Below, piece by piece: positions 45,335-55,264 of a stretch of DNA of 64,000 nucleotides. Location of the stretch: NCBI RefSeq assembly GCF_048403405.1, contig NZ_CP183129.1, one strand, 5' to 3'. The position numbers and the translations under genes were made by a program. The notes beneath the pieces were generated by a model, which had not been told where the DNA came from, made no database searches, and saw only the letters and a program-made list of their open reading frames with translations. Numbering within the stretch: position 1 is the stretch's first letter; each line of letters begins with the position of its first letter. Source of the DNA: Escherichia coli (lineage in GTDB: Bacteria > Pseudomonadota > Gammaproteobacteria > Enterobacterales > Enterobacteriaceae).

Positions 45335-47713
45335 ATGTCCAACAATGGCTCGTCACCGCTGGTGCTTTGGTATAACCAACTCGGCATGAATGATGTAGAC
45401 AGGGTTGGGGGCAAAAATGCCTCCCTGGGTGAAATGATTACTAACCTTTCCGGAATGGGTGTTTCCGTTCCGAATGGTTTCGCCACAACCGCCGACGCGT
45501 TTAACCAGTTTCTGGACCAAAGCGGCGTAAACCAGCGCATTTATGAACTGCTGGATAAAACGGATATTGACGATGTTACCCAGCTTGCGAAAGCGGGCGC
45601 GCAAATCCGCCAGTGGATTATCGACACTCCCTTCCAGCCTGAGCTGGAAAACGCCATCCGCGAAGCCTATGCACAGCTTTCCGCCGATGACGAAAACGCC
45701 TCGTTTGCGGTGCGTTCCTCCGCTACTGCAGAAGATATGCCGGACGCTTCTTTTGCCGGTCAGCAGGAAACTTTCCTCAACGTTCAGGGTTTTGACGCCG
45801 TTCTCGTGGCAGTGAAACATGTATTTGCTTCTCTGTTTAACGATCGCGCCATCTCTTATCGTGTGCACCAGGGTTACGATCACCGTGGCGTGGCGCTCTC
45901 CGCCGGTGTTCAGCGGATGGTGCGCTCCGACCTCGCATCTTCTGGCGTGATGTTCTCCATTGATACCGAATCCGGCTTTGACCAGGTGGTGTTTATCACT
46001 TCCGCATGGGGCCTTGGTGAAATGGTCGTGCAGGGTGCGGTTAACCCGGATGAGTTTTACGTGCACAAACCGACACTGGCGGCGAATCGCCCGGCTATCG
46101 TGCGCCGCACCATGGGGTCGAAAAAAATCCGCATGGTTTACGCGCCGACCCAGGAGCACGGCAAGCAGGTTAAAATCGAAGACGTACCGCAGGAACAGCG
46201 TGACATCTTCTCGCTGACCAACGAAGAAGTGCAGGAACTGGCAAAACAGGCCGTACAAATTGAGAAACACTACGGTCGCCCAATGGATATTGAGTGGGCG
46301 AAAGATGGCCACAGCGGCAAACTGTTCATTGTGCAGGCGCGTCCGGAAACCGTGCGCTCACGCGGTCAGGTCATGGAGCGTTATACGCTGCATTCACAGG
46401 GTAAGATTATCGCCGAAGGCCGTGCTATCGGTCATCGCATCGGCGCGGGTCCGGTGAAAGTCATCCATGACATCAGCGAAATGAACCGCATCGAACCTGG
46501 CGACGTGCTGGTTACTGACATGACTGACCCGGACTGGGAACCGATCATGAAGAAGGCATCTGCCATCGTCACCAATCGTGGCGGTCGTACCTGTCACGCG
46601 GCGATCATCGCTCGTGAACTCGGCATTCCGGCGGTAGTGGGCTGTGGTGATGCAACAGAACGGATGAAAGACGGTGAGAACGTCACTGTTTCTTGTGCCG
46701 AAGGTGATACCGGTTATGTCTATGCGGAGTTGCTGGAATTTAGCGTGAAAAGCTCCAGCGTAGAAACGATGCCTGATCTGCCGTTGAAGGTGATGATGAA
46801 CGTCGGTAACCCGGATCGTGCCTTTGACTTCGCCTGCCTGCCAAATGAAGGCGTAGGTCTGGCGCGCCTGGAATTTATCATCAACCGCATGATTGGCGTC
46901 CACCCACGCGCACTGCTTGAGTTTGACGATCAGGAACCGCAGTTGCAAAACGAAATCCGCGAGATGATGAAAGGTTTTGATTCTCCGCGTGAATTTTACG
47001 TTGGGCGTTTGACTGAAGGGATCGCGACGCTGGGGGCCGCGTTTTATCCGAAGCGCGTCATTGTCCGTCTCTCTGATTTTAAATCGAACGAATATGCCAA
47101 CCTGGTCGGTGGTGAGCGTTACGAACCAGATGAAGAGAACCCGATGCTCGGCTTCCGTGGCGCGGGCCGCTATGTTTCCGACAGCTTCCGCGACTGCTTC
47201 GCGCTGGAGTGTGAAGCAGTGAAACGTGTGCGCAACGACATGGGGCTGACCAATGTTGAGATCATGATCCCGTTCGTGCGTACCGTAGATCAGGCGAAAG
47301 CGGTGGTTGAGGAACTGGCGCGTCAGGGGCTGAAGCGTGGTGAGAACGGGCTGAAAATCATCATGATGTGTGAGATTCCGTCCAACGCCTTGCTGGCAGA
47401 GCAGTTCCTCGAATATTTCGACGGCTTCTCAATTGGCTCAAACGACATGACACAGCTGGCGCTCGGTCTGGACCGTGACTCCGGAGTGGTGTCTGAACTG
47501 TTCGATGAGCGCAACGATGCGGTGAAAGCACTGCTGTCGATGGCGATTCGTGCCGCGAAGAAACAGGGCAAATATGTCGGGATTTGCGGTCAGGGTCCAT
47601 CCGACCACGAAGACTTTGCTGCATGGTTGATGGAAGAGGGGATCGATAGCCTGTCTCTGAACCCGGACACCGTGGTGCAAACCTGGTTAAGCCTGGCTGA
47701 ACTGAAGAAATAA
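45335..47713 (+). CDS. ppsA: Phosphoenolpyruvate synthase
   Basis: 792-aa ORF. Confidence 0.97.
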   Translation: MSNNGSSPLVLWYNQLGMNDVDRVGGKNASLGEMITNLSGMGVSVPNGFATTADAFNQFLDQSGVNQRIYELLDKTDIDDVTQLAKAGAQIRQWIIDTPFQPELENAIREAYAQLSADDENASFAVRSSATAEDMPDASFAGQQETFLNVQGFDAVLVAVKHVFASLFNDRAISYRVHQGYDHRGVALSAGVQRMVRSDLASSGVMFSIDTESGFDQVVFITSAWGLGEMVVQGAVNPDEFYVHKPTLAANRPAIVRRTMGSKKIRMVYAPTQEHGKQVKIEDVPQEQRDIFSLTNEEVQELAKQAVQIEKHYGRPMDIEWAKDGHSGKLFIVQARPETVRSRGQVMERYTLHSQGKIIAEGRAIGHRIGAGPVKVIHDISEMNRIEPGDVLVTDMTDPDWEPIMKKASAIVTNRGGRTCHAAIIARELGIPAVVGCGDATERMKDGENVTVSCAEGDTGYVYAELLEFSVKSSSVETMPDLPLKVMMNVGNPDRAFDFACLPNEGVGLARLEFIINRMIGVHPRALLEFDDQEPQLQNEIREMMKGFDSPREFYVGRLTEGIATLGAAFYPKRVIVRLSDFKSNEYANLVGGERYEPDEENPMLGFRGAGRYVSDSFRDCFALECEAVKRVRNDMGLTNVEIMIPFVRTVDQAKAVVEELARQGLKRGENGLKIIMMCEIPSNALLAEQFLEYFDGFSIGSNDMTQLALGLDRDSGVVSELFDERNDAVKALLSMAIRAAKKQGKYVGICGQGPSDHEDFAAWLMEEGIDSLSLNPDTVVQTWLSLAELKK

Positions 47714-47719
47714 AATAAA

Positions 47720-47750
47720 TACCCGGCGGCGTTTTGTCGCCGGGTTTATG
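47720..47750. terminator. Terminator hairpin between the convergent ppsA and fadK 3' ends
   Basis: cccggcg-gcgttttgt-cgccggg followed by tttatg. Confidence 0.6.
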
Positions 47751-47769
47751 TGATCCCCGAAGATGAAAC

Positions 47770-49470
47770 TTATTCAATCTCTTCACAGACATCCTGAGTT
47801 AATCGCCGCATAATATCTTTCCTTAACAAAAACTTTTGTATTTTACCTGAGACAGTGCGCGGTAGTTTTTCGATTACCACGATATGTTCAGGATATTTAT
47901 ATTTCGCGATCCGTTTACGGCTAAAAAAAGCCACCACCTCTTCCAGCGATAATGAATGATGCGGCGCTTTAAGCACGACATAAGCGCATGAGCGTTCACC
48001 TAAACGTTCATCGGGCATCGCAACCACACAGGCATCGTGAATTTTAGGATGCTGCAATAAAATATCTTCTACTTCACGGCTGCTAATATTTTCGCCGCCG
48101 CGGACAATAATATCTTTCTTGCGCCCGGTTATTTTTATATAGCCAGCCTCATCCATGCGGCAGAGATCGCCGCTGTAATACCAGCCTTCTTCATCCAGCG
48201 CACGGGCGGTTAATTCAGGTTCATCAAAATACCCCATAAACACATTGGGGCCACGCGAGGCTTCTTCACCTTCGCAACCTGGCGGTAAGGTCTTGCGTGC
48301 GTCATCGACCACTTTAATCTCAACTCCTGCGACAGCGTAACCATCGGTATGCATAAAGCGCGACAAAGGATCATCGAGATTCACCACTGCGTGCGGCGAA
48401 CTTTCTGTGGAACCATAAACACTTAATAATTTAATGCCGCGCTGCTGGCATTCACGCGCCACTTTTTTGGGGATTGTGGTACCGCCGCAAAGAAAGAAAC
48501 GCAGCGCTGAAAGGTCAGCGGGCTGTTTCTCCAGTAAATTCAAAAGATCATAGACAAACGGCGTTGCGCCGAGCATACAGGTGCAACGCTGCTGCTCAAG
48601 CAGCGCGAGACACGCAGCAGGAGTGAAAATATCTAACAACACGCTGCGAGCACCAATTAAAAATGGTGCCGTTACGCCATGCAGAAAGCCCGTTGCATGA
48701 CCAAGTGGCGCAGGCATCATAAAGACATCCTGCCAGGTCAGATTCAACCGCGCGCAATAAGCCCGCTCACTGGCGAGAATATTGTTATGCGTTAGCATCA
48801 CGCCCTTTGGCAGACCCTCGGTTCCGGAGGTAAACAGCACCGCGGCTAATTCATCGCCGTGGACCGTTATCGCCGTGGTCAGAGGAGTATTGTCGGCGAT
48901 AATCTGACTTAATGAGAGAGCAGAGGTGGCGGGAGCCAGTTTGTCCACGCCGACAATTTGTTGTAGTTGTGGAAGCTGATTTTGCAGCGGCAAGATTAAA
49001 TCTACCGGACGCGTTTGTTTAAACAACGTCGGTGCAAAGAACATTTTTGCCTGACACTTATTGAGCACCCACACCAGTTCTGCTTCTCGCCAGGAAGGCA
49101 ACAGCGGCACGGAAACCGCACCGATTTTCAGGCAGGCAAGATAGATAACGGTAAATTCACACCAGCCAGGCAGTTGAAATGCGATGCGATCGCCTGATTC
49201 AATACCCTTCGCTAACATCCAGTTTGCCAGACAGCTCGCGGCGTGATCGAGCGCGCTATAGGTGTACGATGCACCATGATTATCGACCACGGCAATTTTG
49301 TCTGGCATCGCACGAGCGGTCTGCTGCCAGTAATCGGCCAGCGAAGCATCGCCCCATAGCCCTTGCTGACGATACGCCGCACGACGTTGTTCGTTAAACG
49401 TTAATGTCACTTTCATTTTGGACTCTCGAAACAGAGCATCAGGCCCGAGATGCGGGCCTGTGGGATGCAT
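47770..49470 (-). CDS. fadK: Short/medium-chain acyl-CoA synthetase
   Basis: AMP-binding-enzyme family ORF; I kept the track's 566-codon start; the internal ATG at complement 49414-49416 (MKVTLTFNEQ...) is an alternative. Confidence 0.85.
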   Translation of the reverse strand: MHPTGPHLGPDALFRESKMKVTLTFNEQRRAAYRQQGLWGDASLADYWQQTARAMPDKIAVVDNHGASYTYSALDHAASCLANWMLAKGIESGDRIAFQLPGWCEFTVIYLACLKIGAVSVPLLPSWREAELVWVLNKCQAKMFFAPTLFKQTRPVDLILPLQNQLPQLQQIVGVDKLAPATSALSLSQIIADNTPLTTAITVHGDELAAVLFTSGTEGLPKGVMLTHNNILASERAYCARLNLTWQDVFMMPAPLGHATGFLHGVTAPFLIGARSVLLDIFTPAACLALLEQQRCTCMLGATPFVYDLLNLLEKQPADLSALRFFLCGGTTIPKKVARECQQRGIKLLSVYGSTESSPHAVVNLDDPLSRFMHTDGYAVAGVEIKVVDDARKTLPPGCEGEEASRGPNVFMGYFDEPELTARALDEEGWYYSGDLCRMDEAGYIKITGRKKDIIVRGGENISSREVEDILLQHPKIHDACVVAMPDERLGERSCAYVVLKAPHHSLSLEEVVAFFSRKRIAKYKYPEHIVVIEKLPRTVSGKIQKFLLRKDIMRRLTQDVCEEIE

Positions 49471-49472
49471 GA

Positions 49473-49766
49473 TTAGCCGTAGCGAAAATCAATACCGAAG
49501 GTGCCTGCGGGATATTGCCACTGTTCGAGAATAGTGTTACCGCACAGCACCCGACAGGTGCCGCACTCCAGACAACCGGCAGAATCAAAATGAATGTTGC
49601 CGGCATCATCCTGCTTATAAAGTCCGGCAGGGCAGGCTTTCATTAATTTACGGAATTCATTGATATCGGGATTTGCCGCCAAAATGATATGCGGGTGGCC
49701 CTCATCAACATGGAATTTATTGACGCCTAATTTGATGTCGACGTTAACCGTAGCGTTCTGGCTCAT
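49473..49766 (-). CDS. ydiT: Ferredoxin-like protein (FixX family)
   Basis: 97-aa ORF with Cys cluster (CLECGTCRVLCG). Confidence 0.85.
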   Translation of the reverse strand: MSQNATVNVDIKLGVNKFHVDEGHPHIILAANPDINEFRKLMKACPAGLYKQDDAGNIHFDSAGCLECGTCRVLCGNTILEQWQYPAGTFGIDFRYG

Positions 49767-51052
49767 AGCGCGGTTGCTCCCTTAATGCCATCTTTCAGCA
49801 AGTTGATCAGCCCAATTTTCTTCGCGTGTCCCATGATCATTTTGCGTACCGGCTGGTTTGGTTTGCCGTCAATGGTGAACATCTCGTTCATGATGTCGGC
49901 TACCATTCGTGGGTATTGGCTAAACAGGCGCGGGTTTTCCATCAGCGCCGGGATCTTGCGAAAATGCTGCATATCACGCATGACGCAGCTTTGTTCCAGC
50001 TCACGTTTGTATTGCGCAAGACTGCTGGCGGAGAAATCCGCGCGTTCTTTGGCGGCGATCACCGTTGTGGCGGCAGCCTGAGCCGATGCAATGGCTAAAT
50101 CCATGCCGCGGACCGTAAAACCCAAATTCAGGCAGAAGCCTGCGGCGTCACCGACGATCATCACGCCATCGTTAACCAGCTGCGGCACCATTGCCAGACC
50201 GCCCTCCGGCACCATATGCGCGGAGTATTCAAGCAGTTTGCCGCCGCTAATCAGCGGGCGAATGGCGGGGTGTTGTTTAAAATCTTCCAGCATTTGCGGC
50301 ACACTTTTTTGCGCATGGGCGATATCACCCAATCCACAAACCAGCCCCAACGATACGGAATCCTTGTTGGTATAGAGGAATCCGCCACCCATCAGGCCGT
50401 CAGAAGGGGAACCGGCAAACAGCCAGGCGGCACCTTCCTCGCCCGTAATATTAAAGCGATCGTTGATCTGTTCTGGTGTGAGGCCAATAACCTCTTTAAC
50501 ACCAACAGCGTAATGATGCGGATCGGAAGCGGGAACCATTCCCAGCGAGCGGCCAAGCATCGAGTTAACGCCATCAGCCAGAATCACCACATTCGCTTCA
50601 AGAACATCATCCCCGGCCTGAACGCCAGTGACCTTGTTTCCTTCACGAACCAGCGCATCGACACGAACGCCCGGGATAAACTGCGCGCCAGCCTGCTCGG
50701 CTTGTTCCATCAACCACGGGTCCAGACGATTACGCAATACGGTATAAGACGCGTGTTGCGGAACATCTGGTTGCTCGCGGTGAAAGTCGAGGGTAACGGC
50801 GCTTTCTTCGGTTAAGAAGGAGATTTTCTCGCGAGTGACCTTGCGTTCTACCGGCGCTGATGCTGCAAAGCCTGGAATAATCGCTTCAAGTGTGTGGGCA
50901 TAAAGACGCCCGCCGGTCATGTTTTTACATCCGGCACTGTCGCCGCGTTCTATCACCAGGACATCCAGCCCGGCTCGCGCCATGACCAGTGCGGCAACGC
51001 TACCGGCAACGCCCGCACCGACCACAATGGCATCAAATTTGTCATCCGACAT
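49763..51052 (-). CDS. ydiS: ETF-quinone-oxidoreductase-like flavoprotein (FixC family)
   Basis: 429-aa ORF with FAD-binding N-terminus (FDAIVVGAGVAGS); 4-nt overlap with ydiT. Confidence 0.9.
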   Translation of the reverse strand: MSDDKFDAIVVGAGVAGSVAALVMARAGLDVLVIERGDSAGCKNMTGGRLYAHTLEAIIPGFAASAPVERKVTREKISFLTEESAVTLDFHREQPDVPQHASYTVLRNRLDPWLMEQAEQAGAQFIPGVRVDALVREGNKVTGVQAGDDVLEANVVILADGVNSMLGRSLGMVPASDPHHYAVGVKEVIGLTPEQINDRFNITGEEGAAWLFAGSPSDGLMGGGFLYTNKDSVSLGLVCGLGDIAHAQKSVPQMLEDFKQHPAIRPLISGGKLLEYSAHMVPEGGLAMVPQLVNDGVMIVGDAAGFCLNLGFTVRGMDLAIASAQAAATTVIAAKERADFSASSLAQYKRELEQSCVMRDMQHFRKIPALMENPRLFSQYPRMVADIMNEMFTIDGKPNQPVRKMIMGHAKKIGLINLLKDGIKGATAL

Positions 51053-51107
51053 GCGTTATGCTCCCTTCCCGCTGCGTTTACAGCGGGAGATGTGGTTGAA
51101 AGGGGAA

Positions 51108-52046
51108 TTAGCGGCTCAACTGGCTAATCAGGGCAGGGACGACTTTGTAGATATCGCCCACCAGACCGTAGTCGGCATAGTTGAAGATTGGCGCATTTTT
51201 ATCTTTATTGATGGCGACAATCACTTTTGCGCCGTTGCCGCCAACCATATGCTGGATCTGCCCGGAAATCCCCAGCGTCAGGTAGAGATCGGATTTCAGC
51301 AACACGCCGGAGACACCGATATAACGTTCACGCTCCATCCAGTTCTCGCCTTCGGCAATTGGACGTGAACAGCCGACTTCAGCATTCAGCACCGCCGCCA
51401 GTTCGTGGACCATTTTCAGGTCATCCTGCGCCGCCAGACCACGACCGACGCCAACCACACGTTTTGCTTTGCTCAGGTCCACGCTGCTTGCGGCTTTCGC
51501 ACGGCGTTCGCGACAGAGAATTTCATGACGCGGAGCAACATAAGGTACCGTTTCTGTCGGGCACTGATGAGCGGTATCACTGGTGCACGGTTCCTGAACA
51601 CCGGGTGCAAGGGTAATGATCGCCAGCGGGCTGTTGATCTTTTCCTGTGCGAACGCTAACCCGCCATACATCCGGTGTTCGGCGCAAATGTGACCATCGA
51701 CAATATCCACCGCAGTGGCATCGTTCACCAGCGCCGCATTCAGTTGCACACTTAACCGTGCTGCCAGAGCTTTACCACGTTTCGTCGCGGCCAGCAGCAA
51801 CATAGAAGGGTGTTTATCTTTCAGCAGGGCAGCAATGCTTTCGGCGTAATTTTCAGTACGTTGCAGCGCATCATTTTGCTCAAGAACATAAATACATTTT
51901 GGACCATAAGGCATAACTGCCTGCGCCTGGTCGGTATTTTGTACAATGGCATACACCTGTTGGCCCCATTGCTGCGCGCCGCCAAACAGTTCAGCATAAC
52001 GTTCAGGATTATCGCTAAAGACCCAGACGCTGTTTAATTGACTCAT
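51108..52046 (-). CDS. ydiR: Electron-transfer flavoprotein alpha-like subunit
   Basis: 312-aa ORF. Confidence 0.9.
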   Translation of the reverse strand: MSQLNSVWVFSDNPERYAELFGGAQQWGQQVYAIVQNTDQAQAVMPYGPKCIYVLEQNDALQRTENYAESIAALLKDKHPSMLLLAATKRGKALAARLSVQLNAALVNDATAVDIVDGHICAEHRMYGGLAFAQEKINSPLAIITLAPGVQEPCTSDTAHQCPTETVPYVAPRHEILCRERRAKAASSVDLSKAKRVVGVGRGLAAQDDLKMVHELAAVLNAEVGCSRPIAEGENWMERERYIGVSGVLLKSDLYLTLGISGQIQHMVGGNGAKVIVAINKDKNAPIFNYADYGLVGDIYKVVPALISQLSR

Positions 52047-52065
52047 CGTTTCTTCTCCGTAGGCT

Positions 52066-52830
52066 TCAGTTCAGGGCTTTCTTCAGATGTTCCGCCAGCT
52101 CGGCAATGGCCTCCGGCGAATCGTTATCGAGAATGATGTGCTTACGTTCTGTTTGCGGCGGTACGCGAATGCCGGTCAGTTCAGCAAGCGGCGCGCTCTG
52201 GCTCCAGCCAATGTCACTTGCCTGCCACTGATTTACCGGTTTTTTACCCGCGCCGAGAATGGCTTTCATCGAAGGAATGCGTGGCATGTTAATATCGGAG
52301 GTGACGCAGAGCACGGCTGGAACAGAGAGCTCAATAACTTCAACATCATCTTCAAGCGTGCGTTCAATCACCAGTGTATTGCCCTGACGCTGAATAGCAC
52401 TCACTGCATTAATCACCGGAAGTTGCAGAATTTCTCCGACCAGCAAGCCAACCTGCTGGGCATAAAGGTCGCCGGAACCTTCACCAAAGATCAGTAAATC
52501 GAAGCCGATTTTTTCAACTGCTGCCGCCAGCGCCTTTGCGGTATCGAGAGGCAGTGCATGTTCAAGTTGCGCATCCTGCACCAAATACAGGCTATGCGGC
52601 CCGCGGGATAGCACGTCTTTACGCACTTTCGAGTTCTGCAACAATGAGCCGCCAATGGTCAGCGCGGCTATCTCATCGTCATCTGTTGCAATCTGGCTTG
52701 CAGCTTCAATGGCATTGAGATCGAACTGGCTGATTTTGGCGTCGGCATTGTCGAAATTCAGGGTATATTCTGGAGTGACAACAATGTCCTGTTCTTCAGG
52801 CACCAGCTTAAAGCAGGTTATTATTTTCAT
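52066..52830 (-). CDS. ydiQ: Electron-transfer flavoprotein beta-like subunit
   Basis: I chose the ATG preceded by AGGAGA (MKIITCFKLVPEEQ..., 254 aa) over the track's start 33 codons upstream. Confidence 0.85.
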   Translation of the reverse strand: MKIITCFKLVPEEQDIVVTPEYTLNFDNADAKISQFDLNAIEAASQIATDDDEIAALTIGGSLLQNSKVRKDVLSRGPHSLYLVQDAQLEHALPLDTAKALAAAVEKIGFDLLIFGEGSGDLYAQQVGLLVGEILQLPVINAVSAIQRQGNTLVIERTLEDDVEVIELSVPAVLCVTSDINMPRIPSMKAILGAGKKPVNQWQASDIGWSQSAPLAELTGIRVPPQTERKHIILDNDSPEAIAELAEHLKKALN

Positions 52831-53145
52831 GATTTCTCCTGTGAGTCGCATACGGAACCATCTCCGATGGAAGGTAAAAATGGCCTGAAAATAGTGTGCG
52901 ATAGCAGGGCGGGGTTTTCGACGGAGCAAGCTGTTTTCCTTGCCAACAATCTTGCAAAAAAAATGCGATCGCTAAAACAAAAGTGCAATTTGCGGCAATA
53001 TAGTTATTCCATGACCGTACAATCTTGCATTCAGTGTAAATAATCTTGTTTAGCTCTCGCTAAACGCGGTTGTATAACCGCAATACACGCCGTATTTTAT
53101 CCGGCATATATTGTTTTTGCTTGCTCATGGAATAGGGAGGTTGTC

Positions 53146-54057
53146 ATGTATCAACGCTGTTTTGATAACGCCAGCGAAACGCTGTTTGTTGCCGGTAAAA
53201 CGCCACGGCTTTCACGTTTTGCATTTAGCGATGATCCAAAATGGGAGTCCGGACATCACGTTCATGACAATGAAACCGAGTTGATTTACGTCAAGAAAGG
53301 GGTAGCAAGGTTTACCATCGATTCTTCGTTATATGTCGCGCACGCCGATGACATTGTGGTGATAGAACGTGGCAGGCTGCATGCGGTGGCCTCTGACGTT
53401 AACGATCCGGCAACGACGTGTACCTGTGCGCTGTACGGCTTTCAGTTTCAGGGGGCTGAGGAAAATCAGCTACTGCAACCGCATTCTTGCCCGGTAATTG
53501 CCGCAGGGCCGGGAAAAGAAGTCATTAAAACCTTATTTAATGAGCTAAGTGTGATTTTGCCGCAAAGTAAAAATAGCCAAACATCTTCGTTATGGGACGC
53601 CTTTGCCTATACGTTAGCAATTCTTTACTATGAAAACTTTAAAAATGCTTATCGTTCGGAGCAGGGATATATTAAAAAAGATGTTCTGATAAAAGATATT
53701 CTTTTCTATCTGAATAATAACTATCGCGAAAAAATCACTTTAGAGCAGTTATCGAAAAAGTTTCGTGCCAGCGTCAGTTATATTTGCCATGAATTTACCA
53801 AAGAGTATCGTATTTCCCCTATTAACTATGTTATTCAACGGCGTATGACGGAAGCGAAATGGTCACTCACTAATACTGAATTATCACAGGCAGAGATCTC
53901 CTGGCGTGTGGGTTATGAAAATGTCGATCACTTTGCCAAACTGTTTTTGCGCCATGTCGGCTGTTCGCCCAGCGATTACCGCAGGCAATTTAAAAACTGT
54001 TTTGCGGAACAAGAAATCTTATCTGAATTTCCTCAACCGGTAAGTCTTGCCGGATAA
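53146..54057 (+). CDS. ydiP: AraC-family transcriptional regulator
   Basis: 303-aa ORF with C-terminal AraC-type HTH; divergent from ydiQ. Confidence 0.85.
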   Translation: MYQRCFDNASETLFVAGKTPRLSRFAFSDDPKWESGHHVHDNETELIYVKKGVARFTIDSSLYVAHADDIVVIERGRLHAVASDVNDPATTCTCALYGFQFQGAEENQLLQPHSCPVIAAGPGKEVIKTLFNELSVILPQSKNSQTSSLWDAFAYTLAILYYENFKNAYRSEQGYIKKDVLIKDILFYLNNNYREKITLEQLSKKFRASVSYICHEFTKEYRISPINYVIQRRMTEAKWSLTNTELSQAEISWRVGYENVDHFAKLFLRHVGCSPSDYRRQFKNCFAEQEILSEFPQPVSLAG

Positions 54058-54099
54058 ATCTGGCGGCGCAGTTTGTTAAGAAGCTGCGCCGCCTGCAGA

Positions 54100-55251
54100 T
54101 TATTTGTTCTGATAATCTTTCAGGATCTGCCGACCCGCTACGTAAATCATAATTTCGTCTGTACCGCCGCCGATACGTTCACAACGGACATCACGCCAGA
54201 AGCGAGAGACGCGCGCCTCATCGGTATAGCCCAGACCGCCCATGATTTGAATCGCATCATCAATAACTTCCATTGCGGTACGTGCGCAGTACAGTTTTGC
54301 CAGCGCCGCGCTGGTGCGCAGTGACTGATGCTGATCGGCTTGCCATGCCACTTTCAACACCATGTTGCGCATGTTGTCGATCTTAATCGCCATCAGCGCC
54401 AGTTTTTCCTGGATCATCTGGTTATGACCAATGGGCTTACCAAAAGCGATACGTTGGTTGGCATAGCGGGCGGCATCTTCAAAGGCACACTCGGCAAAGC
54501 CGGTGCTGCGCGCGGCGTTGATCAGGCGCTCCATCTCAAAGTTGTACATCACATTGAGGAAACCCATTCCTTCTTCGCCCACCATGTCGCTCTCTTCAAC
54601 TTCCACGTTGTCGAGATAGACTTCGCAGGTGCTGAGCATATGCCAGCCGATTTTATGCAGCGGGTTAATCTTAATGCCGGGCTTACTGGAGTCGACCCAC
54701 CACAGGGTGAAGGCTTTTTTGGGATCTTTCGGTTCTGGATCGCGCGCCAGCACCAGCATATACGGGTACTCTTTCGCGCCGGTAATAAAGGTTTTCTGGC
54801 CGTTGATGTAAACCTTGCCGTTTTTACGCGTGTAAGTGGTGGTGGCGCTGTTGTTATCTGAGCCTGCGCCTGGTTCCGTCAATGCCAGGGCATAGGCGGG
54901 ATCACCCGTTTCCAGGGTGCTCTCTGCCGTTTTACGTAGCTGCTCTGCAGAACCGAAACGGCGCATACTGTGAATACATTGACCGTTGGTGATCAAAAAT
55001 GCCGGGGCACCGCATTTTGACACTTCCATCAGCGCCAGCATTTGGGTGACGTAATCCGCAGGGATACCACCAAATTCTTCCGGCACGCCAAGCATGGAAA
55101 TACCGTTATCCGCCAGTGCCCGCATAAATTCACGCGGGTATGTCCCGTTTTGATCGCAGGTGCGGAAATACTCTTCCGGAAAGTTAGTCGTAATCAGTTC
55201 GCGAATACTGGCCAGCAGCAGTTCTTGTTCTTCAGTTAAAGAAAAATCCAT
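54100..55251 (-). CDS. ydiO: Acyl-CoA dehydrogenase family protein
   Basis: I chose ATG (complement 55249-55251; MDFSLTEEQELL..., 383 aa) over the track start at 55305. Confidence 0.85.
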   Translation of the reverse strand: MDFSLTEEQELLLASIRELITTNFPEEYFRTCDQNGTYPREFMRALADNGISMLGVPEEFGGIPADYVTQMLALMEVSKCGAPAFLITNGQCIHSMRRFGSAEQLRKTAESTLETGDPAYALALTEPGAGSDNNSATTTYTRKNGKVYINGQKTFITGAKEYPYMLVLARDPEPKDPKKAFTLWWVDSSKPGIKINPLHKIGWHMLSTCEVYLDNVEVEESDMVGEEGMGFLNVMYNFEMERLINAARSTGFAECAFEDAARYANQRIAFGKPIGHNQMIQEKLALMAIKIDNMRNMVLKVAWQADQHQSLRTSAALAKLYCARTAMEVIDDAIQIMGGLGYTDEARVSRFWRDVRCERIGGGTDEIMIYVAGRQILKDYQNK

Positions 55252-55264
55252 CGTGATACTCCTG

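Noticed and set aside
45353-46948. Long minus-strand ORFs (319 aa, 184 aa) inside ppsA
   Set aside because: Antisense to the highly conserved PEP synthase frame; typical GC-rich shadow frames.
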